This document shows positions 1 through 11,575 of a DNA stretch of 64,000 bases, piece after piece. The position numbers and the translations under genes were made by a program. Below the pieces are notes generated by a model. It did no database searches, was not told where the DNA came from, and worked only from the letters and a program-made list of their open reading frames with translations. Numbering within the stretch: the stretch's first letter is position 1; every line of letters starts with the position of its first letter. This DNA comes from an uncultured Verrucomicrobiae bacterium (GTDB taxonomy: Bacteria > Verrucomicrobiota > Verrucomicrobiia > Limisphaerales > Palsa-1400), in the NCBI GenBank assembly GCA_963764165.1, contig CAVXRD010000004.1:288001-352000 (forward strand). Direction: 5' to 3'.

Positions 1-8
1 AGTGTAAA

Positions 9-2903
9 TCAAATGTGGCCTTTGCGAAAGTGCCGTAAATAGGCCGACCGCAATGCAGCCCTCGTCTCCTTGAGCGATTTCATAAACTCCGCCACGCTCG
101 AAAAACCGCATCGCACCGCGACCCGGTATTGCGCGGGCTCATCCAGCGGCAAAACGCGTTCGCCTTGGAAGCTCCAGCGGCAGAGAACGCTTTCAATGCG
201 GCGCAACTCCGCGTAGCTGTTCCAAATCGCGGTCGCGTCTTCCGCCGGCAAGACGCCCTCCTTCGCCGCCCGCCGCAGCGCGCGCATGGTGTTCGGTTCG
301 TCCCAGCCATGGGCGAGGCTGGCCGCCCGCGCCAAAATCTCCCCGTCCAGCAATCCGCCCGCGCCCGTGACAATGGCGAGGCGTTCCTGCCCGGGAGGAG
401 TTTCCTCACGTTCGACCCGCTCGCGCCATTGGCTCAATTCCGCATCGACATTCCGCGATTGAAAAGCTTTCAACACCTCCGCCGCCAACTGCCGAAACCT
501 CGCGCCGGTTTCCATGTTCCCCGCGATCGGACGCGCCCGGGCGATTGTCAAAACATCATCGAGGCGCAATTCCCGATAACGCGCCTCGCATGATTCCATC
601 GTATTGACAAGCTTCAGATGAGGCTGGATTGCGACAAGGGGATCCTCATCGCCACGGCCCGAAAATAGTTCGATGAACTCATTGGCCAACAAGTTCAATT
701 TCGGCAATTCCGCCTCGCCCAGGTCGGTTACAAAGAGAAGCTCAATCGATCTCCCATAACTCACCTCGCGGCCGGCCAGCGCGCGGCATCCCACAATGCA
801 GAACGGCGCCTGCGTCATTTCGTGTTTGCGTATGACAACCTCCAAGGCGTACTGCACGCAGGCTTCCGTGAGGGAGGACATTTCGAGCACGTTTTCTTCA
901 ATATCGACATAGCCGAGAATGTCGCGCAAGCCGATGGCCATCGCTTCCGATTGGAAGTGGCTCCGGAGCCACTTTCGCTGATCCGGCTCCCCGGCGCCGC
1001 AATGCAATTCAGCGAGGCTTTCCTCGACACCCCGGAAGTGATGCAGCCTGCCGCTGAGGCCCAATTCATCCAAAATATCCGGCGTTTGAATGGCCTCGCG
1101 GGCGAGATATTCCGACCGGTCGGAAAGCCACAGGAGCAAGTCGAGCAGCAACGGCGTCTGCACCCAAAGTTCGTAAAGGCTCGCGCGCGCCCGGTACGAA
1201 TAAACGAAAAAATCAAGCCGCGCGAGAACGCGGTCTGGATCGGACAAAACGCGGGGCGCTTTTTGCCCGTCTGCTTTCGGGCAGAGCGCGAGAAACCGAA
1301 TCCAAATTTGCCGCGCCCTTTCAGCGGCATCCGGCGGCAGCGGCGCGTATTCCGGCCCAAAGAGAAATGTCCGCAAAATCTCGCACGCTTTCGCCGGTTC
1401 GCGAAAACCGTGCCGCGTCAATAATTTTTGCCATGCGGCAGCCTCTGCGTCGAAGTCCCCATGCGGCAGCGCGGGGGCGCGGCGTTCGCTTTCGACGGGC
1501 AGCGTCTTTTCGAAGATGCGATGAACCGTGTTCGTGTGACTTTGGTGGGCATCCTCGAATTCCAAGACCGTTTCAAAGCCCATCAAACGAGCCAGCCGTT
1601 CGCGCGCCTGCCGCTCGGTCGGGATGACATCGGGGGGCGCAGTGCCTTCCAATTGGAGCCGATGCTGCACCTCGCGCAAAAACGTGATGGCCGCCGCCAT
1701 TTCCTCGCGTTCATGGCGCTTGAGCAGCGGATGGCGCTCCATGCGGGCCAATTGGACCAGTGAGTTCGCCACTTGAAGAGCGGGAAGCCTGCCCGCGTGG
1801 AGCACGCCGAGGGCTTGCAATACAAATTCAAACTCGCGAATTCCACCGCGCCCGATTTTGACATTTCTCTCCTGCTCCCATTCCTTGACCGGCTCGGCTT
1901 CTAATTTCGATTTGACAGCAGCCACCTCGCGAAGCAGCTCGGACGTCATCCAGCGCGGATATCGAAAGCTCTGGATCATTTGCAGAAAGTCCGCGCCCAG
2001 CTCCGCCGAACCCGCGATGGGCCGGGCTTTGGCCAGCGCCATGCGATCCGCCGCCTGGCCCCACTCCGAATAATAATTCTCGTAACTTCCCAGCGAACGC
2101 GCCAGCGTCCCGGATTTTCCTTCCGGGCGGCGTCGCACATCGACCCGGAATAACGTTCCGTCCGGCGTTTGCTTTTCCAATTCGCCGATCAAGTTTTCCG
2201 CCAATCGCGTGAAGAATTGGTGGTTGGTCATGCCCTTGCCAGTTTGCTCGTTGGGGCGTGGAGCGGCGCGAAAGACATTGCCTTCCTCGGCATAGACAAA
2301 CAGCAGTTCAATCTCCGAACTGTAACCCGCTTCCTGCCCGCCAAGATTCCCCAGCGCAATAACGCAAAAATCCGTCTCTTGCCAATTCTCTTCTGAATCG
2401 AGATGCCATGGCTGACCAAATTTCGAGATCCATTCCCGAAGGCAGATTCGCGTCACGGCCTCCACGCAAACGTCCGCAACATTCGAAATCTCGCGCGTGA
2501 TTTCTTCGATGCTGCCAAATCGCGCGAGCGAGCGCGCGGCGTTTTGGATCGTGGAGCGTTGCTTGAATTGGCGCAATGGGTCGAGCGCGGATGGGCCGGC
2601 GTTGCGCAAAAGCGTCCCCCCTTCTTCGCGCAATTCTTCAATTGAGCGCGTCTTGCCGAGCGATTCCTCCGATAGGACCGCTTCAAGCCAATCTGGATGC
2701 GAAGTGAAGATTTCCACCACCGCGGGAAATCCGCTCAGCAAAGCCATTAACGCGCGAGCCTGTTCCTCGGAGAATTTGCGCAAGGCAGCAGCAGCGTCCG
2801 AGGCGCGCAACTGTTCCAGCGCGGCCGAGGCGCGCGGCGGGTCCGCGCATCCCTCCAAAACGCTCCGCGAAAATCCCGTTCGACCTGAAGACTTCTGTCT
2901 CAC
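9..2903 (-). CDS. glnE: GlnE-like glutamine synthetase adenylyltransferase/deadenylase homolog with degenerate catalytic motifs
   Basis: 964 aa two-repeat layout; ALGNLGGQEAGYSSEIELLF, FRVDVRRRPEG, NVKIGRGGIREFEF and FLREVQHRLQL match GlnE blocks; start codon uncertain. Confidence 0.8.
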   Translation of the reverse strand: MRQKSSGRTGFSRSVLEGCADPPRASAALEQLRASDAAAALRKFSEEQARALMALLSGFPAVVEIFTSHPDWLEAVLSEESLGKTRSIEELREEGGTLLRNAGPSALDPLRQFKQRSTIQNAARSLARFGSIEEITREISNVADVCVEAVTRICLREWISKFGQPWHLDSEENWQETDFCVIALGNLGGQEAGYSSEIELLFVYAEEGNVFRAAPRPNEQTGKGMTNHQFFTRLAENLIGELEKQTPDGTLFRVDVRRRPEGKSGTLARSLGSYENYYSEWGQAADRMALAKARPIAGSAELGADFLQMIQSFRYPRWMTSELLREVAAVKSKLEAEPVKEWEQERNVKIGRGGIREFEFVLQALGVLHAGRLPALQVANSLVQLARMERHPLLKRHEREEMAAAITFLREVQHRLQLEGTAPPDVIPTERQARERLARLMGFETVLEFEDAHQSHTNTVHRIFEKTLPVESERRAPALPHGDFDAEAAAWQKLLTRHGFREPAKACEILRTFLFGPEYAPLPPDAAERARQIWIRFLALCPKADGQKAPRVLSDPDRVLARLDFFVYSYRARASLYELWVQTPLLLDLLLWLSDRSEYLAREAIQTPDILDELGLSGRLHHFRGVEESLAELHCGAGEPDQRKWLRSHFQSEAMAIGLRDILGYVDIEENVLEMSSLTEACVQYALEVVIRKHEMTQAPFCIVGCRALAGREVSYGRSIELLFVTDLGEAELPKLNLLANEFIELFSGRGDEDPLVAIQPHLKLVNTMESCEARYRELRLDDVLTIARARPIAGNMETGARFRQLAAEVLKAFQSRNVDAELSQWRERVEREETPPGQERLAIVTGAGGLLDGEILARAASLAHGWDEPNTMRALRRAAKEGVLPAEDATAIWNSYAELRRIESVLCRWSFQGERVLPLDEPAQYRVAVRCGFSSVAEFMKSLKETRAALRSAYLRHFRKGHI

Positions 2904-2969
2904 GCCCGCATACTATCATAAACAGCCCGAATTATTTACTTTTTTCGCAAATTGGTGGACGATGCGCGA

Positions 2970-3725
2970 ATGATTGCCATTCTTGACATCGGCAACACGC
3001 ACACGCACATAGGTTTGGCCAGCGGCAAGCGCGTCGTCCGCCACATCGATGTTCGCACGCGCGACTGGCGCGACGGAGCATCGAAGGCCGCCGCGATCCG
3101 CTTCCTCGGCAAGACACCGCTGGAGGGAGCGATCATTTGCAGCGTGGTTCCCGCCGCCACGCCGCTGGTCAAAAAGTTCCTAAAGCAAATTTATCATCTT
3201 GACAGCATCGAATTAAATTCCACCACGACAATTGGCGTGGGAATCGATTATCCAAAACCGAAAACCATCGGCGCGGACCGGCTGGCGAACGCCATCGCCG
3301 TCAAACATCACTTCGGCGCGCCGTCGGTCGTGGTGGATTTCGGAACCGCCGTCACCTTCGATGTCGTCGACGCCAAAGGCAACTACATCGGCGGCATCAT
3401 TGCGCCGGGTCTTAACGCGATGACCGATTACCTGCACGAAAAAACCGCCCTCCTGCCCCGCATCAAAATCCGCGACGTCACCGCCGTCGTCGGCAAAAAC
3501 ACGAAACAGGCGATGTTGATTGGCGCGGTGAAGGGCTATCGCGGATTGGTGCGGGAATTGTTGGGAGAATTGAAAATCGCGATGAAGTGCGGGCAATTGC
3601 CGGTCGTGGCGACCGGCGGTTACGCAAAATTGATTTCGGCAAAACTGCCGGAAATCACGGCTGTTGACCCGTTATTGACGTTGGAAGGACTAAGGCTGGC
3701 ATGGATCGCAAATGCACGGAAATGA
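2970..3725 (+). CDS. coaX: Type III pantothenate kinase
   Basis: LDIGNT, IGADR, VVDFGTAVTFD, GGIIAPG, VATGG motifs. Confidence 0.95.
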   Translation: MIAILDIGNTHTHIGLASGKRVVRHIDVRTRDWRDGASKAAAIRFLGKTPLEGAIICSVVPAATPLVKKFLKQIYHLDSIELNSTTTIGVGIDYPKPKTIGADRLANAIAVKHHFGAPSVVVDFGTAVTFDVVDAKGNYIGGIIAPGLNAMTDYLHEKTALLPRIKIRDVTAVVGKNTKQAMLIGAVKGYRGLVRELLGELKIAMKCGQLPVVATGGYAKLISAKLPEITAVDPLLTLEGLRLAWIANARK

Positions 3726-3991
3726 GATTATACCGCAAAGGAAAATGTCGTTGGGAGGCGCCCTCTGGAGCGCCACGATGGGTCGCTTTCTCGATTGGTT
3801 CGGCCTCAATACGGAGGAAAAACGCCTCCGCAAAAGCTTTAAAGGTCCCATTCTGTGGCCGTAGGGCCGCGGGCACACTTGATACCTTTCGTCGGCAAAA
3901 AGGAGTTAACAACCATTAACGCACCCATTCCCCCTGCCAGCGCCTCTTGGGGATTGACGGCGGCGCGGACTAGTCTGATATAGTTTTTCCG

Positions 3992-4294
3992 ATGCCAAAA
4001 ATTGACATGTCGGTGCCGCATAGCCTCACGCAGGAAGAAGCGAAAAAGCGCATTTCCCATTTAATCGAAGATTCCAAGACACGTTTTGCTGGCAAAGTGA
4101 ACAACGTCTCAGAATCATGGAGCGGCTATGTTGACTCGTTCAGTTTTGAGGCGATGGGTTTTTCCGTGAGCGGAAAATTAGATGTGCAACCGGCGCAGGT
4201 GCGCATCCTCATCGAGCTTCCGTGGGCGGCTGCGATGCTCAAGGGCCGCATCGAATCGGAGATTCGAAACCAGGCGCAGCAGTTGCTGGGATGA
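3992..4294 (+). CDS. Polyhydroxyalkanoic acid system family protein
   Basis: 100 aa; VPHSLTQEEAKKRI start and LPWAAAMLKGRIE end typical of the family. Confidence 0.75.
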   Translation: MPKIDMSVPHSLTQEEAKKRISHLIEDSKTRFAGKVNNVSESWSGYVDSFSFEAMGFSVSGKLDVQPAQVRILIELPWAAAMLKGRIESEIRNQAQQLLG

Positions 4295-4300
4295 CGCGCG

Positions 4301-5608
4301 TTACTTCCCGGATTTTGCGCGAAAGCGGATTTCCGCCGACCAACCGTGGGCATTGAGCCCTTCCATTTCCGCAAATTTCTTGACGGCCTTCAAAGCCTTC
4401 CTGAGCGCGGGCTTTTTGTATTCGACAACGCTCGTTCTCCTCTGGAATTGGTCGACCGTAAGGCCGGCGAATGACGCTCCCGTCCCCCCCGCAGGCAAAA
4501 CGTGGCTGGGTCCGGCCACATAATCGCCCAGCACTGTCGGCGATTCGCCACCGACAAAGATCGCTCCAGCCGTCAATAATTTTCCCACGATGTGGCCCGC
4601 GCCCTTGCACATGACTTCCAAATGTTCCGGCGCAAGTTGATTCGTCAACTCGATCCCCTGCTCCAGCGACTCCACATGCACCAGCCAGCCATTGTTTTTC
4701 AACGCGCGCTCGATAAGCTCGCGCCGAGAACGTTTGGGCAATTGGCGCGAAATTTCCTTTTGCACACCGCGAATTATTTTATCCGAGGTGGTCAGCAGCC
4801 AAACCCGTTCGTGTCCCGACCCATGTTCGGCTTGGGCGAGAAGATCCGCCGCGACGCAAGCTGCATCCGCCGTTTCATCCGCGAGAACCAGCAATTCGCT
4901 CGGCCCCGGCAGCAAATCCATTGCCGCGTAGCCAAATAACAACCGTTTCGCGGCAACGACATACGCGTTCCCCGGTCCATAAATCTTATTTACTTTCCCA
5001 ATCGTGCTAGTGCCAAACGCCAGTGCCGCAATTGCCTGCGCTCCGCCTATGCGATAAATTTCCGTCGCCCCTGCCACCCGAGCGGCATAAAGCAGCGCGG
5101 GATTCACCTGCCCCTGGCGATCGCACGGCGTGCAAACAACGATGTCCTTGCATCCGGCGGCGCGTGCAAGCGGGATGGTCATTAACGCAGTGGAAACCAA
5201 AGGGGCCGCGCCGCCAGGAATATAAATTCCCACGCGCAAAAATGGATCAAACTTTTCGCCGACTTGCGCGCCGTGGCTGTTGGTCATCGACCAGTTTTTC
5301 CGGCGCGAACGTTTGGCGAAGGCCGCCACATTTTTCTCCGTTTCGGAAATGGCCGCGCGCAGCGATTCATCGGCTTGCAGCGAAGCGGCCACAAGTTCCG
5401 CCTGCGTGACGGGAAATTGATCAGGCTCCAGCCGGATGCCGTTGAAGCGCTCGGTGAGTTCCGTCAGTGCCTCGTCCCCACGCGCCCGCACCGCCTCCAC
5501 GATGGCGGCGGTTTGTTGTTCAATGGTTGGATCGAACAGGCTGGACGGCGCAAGCATCCGGCGCAACTGTTCCGCGAATTTGCTATCGCGGTGCGAAATG
5601 ACATTCAT
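4301..5608 (-). CDS. hisD: Histidinol dehydrogenase
   Basis: VGIYIPGG, GPGNAYV, GPSE, DLLAQAEH, APEHL, GDYVAGPSHVLP. Confidence 0.95.
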   Translation of the reverse strand: MNVISHRDSKFAEQLRRMLAPSSLFDPTIEQQTAAIVEAVRARGDEALTELTERFNGIRLEPDQFPVTQAELVAASLQADESLRAAISETEKNVAAFAKRSRRKNWSMTNSHGAQVGEKFDPFLRVGIYIPGGAAPLVSTALMTIPLARAAGCKDIVVCTPCDRQGQVNPALLYAARVAGATEIYRIGGAQAIAALAFGTSTIGKVNKIYGPGNAYVVAAKRLLFGYAAMDLLPGPSELLVLADETADAACVAADLLAQAEHGSGHERVWLLTTSDKIIRGVQKEISRQLPKRSRRELIERALKNNGWLVHVESLEQGIELTNQLAPEHLEVMCKGAGHIVGKLLTAGAIFVGGESPTVLGDYVAGPSHVLPAGGTGASFAGLTVDQFQRRTSVVEYKKPALRKALKAVKKFAEMEGLNAHGWSAEIRFRAKSGK

Positions 5609-5667
5609 TCGAGGATGAAACTACTGCGACGGAGAAAAATTATCTAGCGCGGTATTTGTGGCCATCT

Positions 5668-6026
5668 GAGGCAGGGACGCCTCGTGGTGTGATTGAAAGT
5701 GGGTGATGAACGCAGGCCGACAGGCGGAGCGCGGATGTGTCGAAGACCAGCCGCAGCAGCACTCAAACAACCGAGAACGAATCTTGTTGCGGCCGTCTCC
5801 GAAAGACATACCAAAACTTCGGAACTGTGACTGGCGAGCCGTGGAAGCCATTCCAACGCGCCACTTGTTTCGGCGCGGCTGCGGCTGGTCTTCGACACAG
5901 CCGCCCTCCGTTCAAAGCGAAATCGGCGGCAATCTCATTTTCGCCTCGCCCGTTTTTAATCGCACCCGGACGCCTCGGCCCGCCTTCGCTAAAGCTTCGG
6001 CGCGGTAAACGAGGCGTCCCTGCCTC
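5668..6026. repeat. Cluster of REP-like palindromic repeats between hisD and the ECF pair
   Basis: Inverted pair GTGTCGAAGACCAGCCGCAGC (~5737) and GCTGCGGCTGGTCTTCGACAC (~5878), related copy at ~11640; GGACGCCTCG...CGAGGCGTCCCTGCCTC at 5968-6026. Confidence 0.8.
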
Positions 6027-6039
6027 CGCTCGGTTGCAT

Positions 6040-6459
6040 TCAACGATTAGTCGGAATTGGACTCCAAACGTCCCTGATCAAATGTGTTTCGCTCGGCAGC
6101 ACCATCGCATATTGGACACTCGGATGCGTCCACACATTCCACTCCAGATTCTCGTCGCCCTGGCGAACCGCATACGTGGAAATATTAGACGACACAGCCG
6201 CGCTCAAAACAAAGGTGGCAAAAGAAGCCGCGTTGGAGCCTTGCGGAACGCTAACGGAATATCGGCTGGCGGTGTGAACCGCAACAAGCATGGTCAGTCC
6301 GCAGGCCGCCACGGGGGAAAACCAATTCCACGCCGTCAGCCGGCGCAGCGGCGCAGACACATTTGCCGCCTGCCCAAATAGCCGGTTGGCGATTTTAGGC
6401 GACGGGCGACGCGGCGTCCACGATTGCAATTGATTCTCCACTGGGTTCATCTCGTCCAT
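6040..6459 (-). CDS. Putative anti-sigma factor (single TM)
   Basis: Overlaps 3' end of ECF sigma gene; N-terminal VENQLQSWTPRRPS then a hydrophobic segment. Confidence 0.6.
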   Translation of the reverse strand: MDEMNPVENQLQSWTPRRPSPKIANRLFGQAANVSAPLRRLTAWNWFSPVAACGLTMLVAVHTASRYSVSVPQGSNAASFATFVLSAAVSSNISTYAVRQGDENLEWNVWTHPSVQYAMVLPSETHLIRDVWSPIPTNR

Positions 6460-6955
6460 AAATAGCTCCTTTCAAGCAAGCCTTCAATTTTCCGATGCCG
6501 TAGCGGTAACGTCCCGCTGCCGTATTTGGCGATATATCCAGCACGTTGCCGATCGCCTCAAAAGTCATGTCGTGCCAAATCTTCAGCACAATGACCTCGC
6601 GCTGGGCGGGGGGAAGTTCGGCCAATTTGCGCATGGCGGCCGCCTCGGCCTGATCCGCTTCCGCCCCCTGGCTTGGCCCGCGCTCAAACCAGCCAAGCGA
6701 CTCCCATTCGCGCGCGACCCGCCGCCAGAAACCACGATGATGATTCATCGCGCGGTTGCGAAAGGCGCGCAGGCAGTAGTGCTCGGGCTCGTCCGGCTTT
6801 TCCTCCAATCGCAGAAGGGCCAGAAACGTCTCCTGCAAGACATCCTCCGCCTCCCCGTGGCTGAGCCCCAGGGCGCGCCCGTAAAGAACAAGACCCGCCG
6901 CTTTCGCCTCGTAAAGCGGCTCGCACCAAGATCCATTGCGCTCTGATCCGTTCAT
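6395..6955 (-). CDS. ECF sigma-70 family RNA polymerase sigma factor
   Basis: AEDVLQETFL (region 2); LPPAQREVIVLKIWHDMTFEAIG...TAAGRYRYG (region 4). Confidence 0.92.
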   Translation of the reverse strand: MNGSERNGSWCEPLYEAKAAGLVLYGRALGLSHGEAEDVLQETFLALLRLEEKPDEPEHYCLRAFRNRAMNHHRGFWRRVAREWESLGWFERGPSQGAEADQAEAAAMRKLAELPPAQREVIVLKIWHDMTFEAIGNVLDISPNTAAGRYRYGIGKLKACLKGAIYGRDEPSGESIAIVDAASPVA

Positions 6956-7123
6956 CCGTTGATTCCGTAAAGGGCCGTAATCGCCACTTCATCTACATTG
7001 ACACCAAACTCGTCCGATTTGTATAAACTTATCACAAAATGCCGCAAATAAAATTTCGGCAAGGCAATAGTCTGTCAAGGTAGAGGAGGCGTCCCTGCCT
7101 CAAAAATTCGATTTTGTTCCGCG

Positions 7124-7152
7124 TTGACACTGCCGAAACACGTTACTAGGCT
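7124..7152 (+). promoter_or_regulatory. Sigma70-type promoter upstream of purA
   Basis: TTGACA-17 nt-TAGGCT, about 100 nt before the purA ATG. Confidence 0.6.
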
Positions 7153-7242
7153 CTGTCTGTAAATACTCGTGCGGATGCCCCGAATTTACAATTTTACAAT
7201 TCGGGGATTTTTATTGCCGCGACTTGCTCGCGTGATTTTTAG

Positions 7243-8517
<1,275 letters not shown>

Positions 8518-8525
8518 GAAATTTT

Positions 8526-8969
8526 ATGAACACAATTGTTCCTCTCATCAGTTCCGCGGTGGCAGGCCCCCTGGGGGTGCTGCATCTGCCTCGTTTATGG
8601 CTTAAGCTTTCTCTCGGCGCGCGCGGCAAGCTGGCCCCGGGCTATGACAATTGCGGCATGGGTTACGACCAAATGGTGCTCGATGGACTCGGCCTCAAAA
8701 AAGACGATGTTCTGAAATTCATTACCGAATCCAAGCCGATGTACCCTGAGTTTGAAGCGTGGATTTTGAAGCAGCCGGGCGCGAAGCTCGACCGCGTTTC
8801 TGTTGACAAATTGAACGCCGCCATCCGCGGTTTCATTCACGAAGACCAGGTCCGCAAATCCATTCTGTCCGCAAATGGTTTGCCGGACGATTCCCGCGCC
8901 TTCCGCGACGCCGTCAACTTGAACAATCTCGACGACTGGAAGGAATTCCACACCGCGGAATTGAAGTAG
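8526..8969 (+). CDS. Conserved hypothetical protein (DUF5069-like)
   Basis: GPLGVLHLPRLWLK, GYDQMVL, LNNLDDW; 8 nt after purA. Confidence 0.65.
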   Translation: MNTIVPLISSAVAGPLGVLHLPRLWLKLSLGARGKLAPGYDNCGMGYDQMVLDGLGLKKDDVLKFITESKPMYPEFEAWILKQPGAKLDRVSVDKLNAAIRGFIHEDQVRKSILSANGLPDDSRAFRDAVNLNNLDDWKEFHTAELK

Positions 8970-8993
8970 CAGGCGAAATTTTTAGAAAACTCC

Positions 8994-9539
8994 ATGCGCA
9001 ACGAATCCATGTTTGTCGGGATGAAAGTCCTTCATCCCGAATACGGCATCGGCACAGTCAAGAGCATTTCCGAGCACTTTGCGGACATCCGCTTTGACTC
9101 CGGCCTGCGGACGCTGTCGCCCACGCAATGCGATTTGAAACCGGCCGAACCGCAGGCTGAAATGACGTCCCTGACCATGCCCCTGTCGTCGCTGATTGCG
9201 GAAGTGGTGGCGTCGGCTGTCGGTGAACTCGGCTTGGAACGCGACGATTCCATTGTCGAGAAACTCGCCGCGCGCTGGCAGCGTGGAACGCTCGTCCTCC
9301 GCCCCGCCGATGCGAGTTTGCAAAGCAAGGAAACGCCGCTGGAAGTGTTCTTCCACAAGATCGTGATGGTCAGGAATAATTTGCGCGTCCTGGAGCAAAA
9401 GATAAACGCCCATCCGCAATTGAGCGACGCTGACAAGGTGGAAATGCAGCAATACATCACCCGCTGCTACGGCTCGATGACGACGTTCAATATTCTCTTC
9501 AAGGACAAGGAAGATCAGTTCTCTTCGAAGGGGGAATAA
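8994..9539 (+). CDS. Conserved hypothetical protein
   Basis: GMKVLHPEYGIGTV N-terminal SH3-like segment; C-terminal FFHKIVMVRNNLRVLEQKIN...YGSMTTFN. Confidence 0.75.
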   Translation: MRNESMFVGMKVLHPEYGIGTVKSISEHFADIRFDSGLRTLSPTQCDLKPAEPQAEMTSLTMPLSSLIAEVVASAVGELGLERDDSIVEKLAARWQRGTLVLRPADASLQSKETPLEVFFHKIVMVRNNLRVLEQKINAHPQLSDADKVEMQQYITRCYGSMTTFNILFKDKEDQFSSKGE

Positions 9540-9557
9540 AGAATTTAAAGACAAGAT

Positions 9558-9730
9558 GAATCAGGAACGACCAAACTCAGGAAAGGAGACCGAGGTTAGC
9601 ATCGCGCGGTTCGGTGATTCTCGCTTGTCCAAGTAAAAGTCGCTTGGCATTTGTCCCATCATTCATATTGCTCCCATGCCGCGAAAAATGCCGCGGCCTC
9701 CGTTCCTGAGTTCGGTCGTTCCTGATTCAA
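9558..9730. repeat. Inverted repeat pair of the CCTGAGTTC...TTCCTGATT family
   Basis: GAATCAGGAACGACCAAACTCAGGAA and TTCCTGAGTTCGGTCGTTCCTGATTC; further copies at ~36451 and ~37850. Confidence 0.75.
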
Positions 9731-9800
9731 TTTCTTTTCAGCTTACCCAAATCTTAAATTGACTCGCCTCGGTTTCGCCAAGCTGCCATTATCCGCACGC

Positions 9801-10859
9801 ATGAATATTCGTCCGTTCCAAATCGCGATTTTCTCCCTGGCGACAATTCTCGGTGCAACCCGCGTGTCTGCCGCCCCGCTTGATCCGGGCGATCCCGCCC
9901 CTGCCCTGAATCCCGCCAAGTGGCTCAAAGGCGCCCCGATCACCGGATTCGAAAAGGGCAAAGTTTATGTGGTCGAATTTTGGGCGACGTGGTGCGAGCC
10001 TTGCAAGGCCAACATCCCGCACCTGACCGACCTTGCCCACCAATACAAAGACAAAGTGAGCATCACGGGCGTCAGCATTTGGGAATCCCACGATCCGACC
10101 GACACTAACTACTTCAAAAAAGTCGAATCTTTTGTCGAATCCGAAGGCGACAAAATGGATTACACGGTCGCGGTGGATAGCCCGCAAAGCGACGTCGCCA
10201 AGGCATGGATGGTTGCCGCGGGCGAAAAAGGCATTCCCGCCTCATTCATCGTCGGCAAAGACGGCCGCATCGCGTGGATTGGCTATCCCGAGAAACTTAG
10301 TGATGCGCTTGACAAGGTGCTGGCCGACAAATTCGACGTCGCCGCCGAAAAGAGCCGCCGGGACACCGATTTGAGATTGGTTCGCCCGCTGGACGACGCA
10401 ATTGCGAAAAAGGATTACAAGCGCATGCTAGAACTCATCGACGCCATCGTTGCGGACAAGCCGGGCACCGCTCCCGCCTACACTTACGACCGGCTCATCG
10501 CGCTTTACCACGCCGATGTGCCCGCGGGAATCGCGCTGTCGGACAAAATACTGACGGAATCCAATCACGAAATTGGCGCATTTCGAATGATCGCCTCGAT
10601 CTTCGCCACGCAAACCGATCTGCCGCCGGACGCCACCAAATACGGCCAAAAAATCATGGCGCAAGCGTTGGAAAAAGACGAAATGAAATACTTGTTCCTC
10701 GCCATGAACGCCGACTTCTGCGCCAACATGGGCGACAAGGCTGGCGCCGCGCAATCCCAGGAAAAAGCGGTCGCCGCCGCCGAAAAGGATTCTCACGCCC
10801 CGCCGGATTTCGTCGAGTCGATGAGGAAAAAATTGGGTCAATACAAAGCCGCGCTTTGA
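9801..10859 (+). CDS. Exported TlpA-like redoxin with helical C-terminal region
   Basis: Signal peptide; VVEFWATWCEPC. Confidence 0.9.
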   Translation: MNIRPFQIAIFSLATILGATRVSAAPLDPGDPAPALNPAKWLKGAPITGFEKGKVYVVEFWATWCEPCKANIPHLTDLAHQYKDKVSITGVSIWESHDPTDTNYFKKVESFVESEGDKMDYTVAVDSPQSDVAKAWMVAAGEKGIPASFIVGKDGRIAWIGYPEKLSDALDKVLADKFDVAAEKSRRDTDLRLVRPLDDAIAKKDYKRMLELIDAIVADKPGTAPAYTYDRLIALYHADVPAGIALSDKILTESNHEIGAFRMIASIFATQTDLPPDATKYGQKIMAQALEKDEMKYLFLAMNADFCANMGDKAGAAQSQEKAVAAAEKDSHAPPDFVESMRKKLGQYKAAL

Positions 10860-11575
10860 GCCGTTTGCCGCCGATTCGATTTATTACTTTCGCAGCCTTG
10901 TGCCTGTCGCTGGCACTCCGCGTTTTCGCGCAAACCAACTCGTTCGACCCTGAATCCGCCTACGCGCTGCGGCAAATCGAGGGTTGGCGGATATTGGTGA
11001 ATCAGAAGTTGCTGGCGGAAACGAATCTGTGCGAGCAAACGATCAAGGTGCTGAGCATGCACCTCTACCAAATCACGCGCGTCGTCCCTGCGCCTGCCTT
11101 GGCCAGGATGCGTGAGATTCCGATTTGGGTTGAGCTCAACGACCGGTTGTTTCCCGGAATGTGCTTTCACCCATCGCGGGACTGGCTTGCCTCGCACGGC
11201 GTGAACCCAGCCAAGACGGACGGCGTGGAACTGGCCAACGCAAAGAACTTCCTCAGTTGGTCAATGGAACAGCCGTGCATGGTTCTGCACGAATTGGCGC
11301 ACGGCTACCACCATCGTGTTCTGGGCGACGACGACGCTGACATCCTACGCTGCTTCAAACATGCTCAAGGCGCCGGGCTTTATGCGTCCGTCCTGCGCGC
11401 CAACGGGCACCACGAGCGCCATTACGCTATGACCAATGAGAAAGAGTATTTCGCCGAATCCACCGAGGCATTCTTTGGCGTCAACGACTTTTACCCTTTC
11501 GTCCGCGCCGAATTGAAGGAATACGACCCGGATATGTACGCGCTGCAATGCAAGGTTTGGAATTTCAAGCCGTGA
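10856..11575 (+). CDS. Exported zinc metallopeptidase-like protein (HExxH)
   Basis: Signal peptide; VLHELAHGYH plus downstream EYFAE. Confidence 0.75.
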   Translation: MSRLPPIRFITFAALCLSLALRVFAQTNSFDPESAYALRQIEGWRILVNQKLLAETNLCEQTIKVLSMHLYQITRVVPAPALARMREIPIWVELNDRLFPGMCFHPSRDWLASHGVNPAKTDGVELANAKNFLSWSMEQPCMVLHELAHGYHHRVLGDDDADILRCFKHAQGAGLYASVLRANGHHERHYAMTNEKEYFAESTEAFFGVNDFYPFVRAELKEYDPDMYALQCKVWNFKP

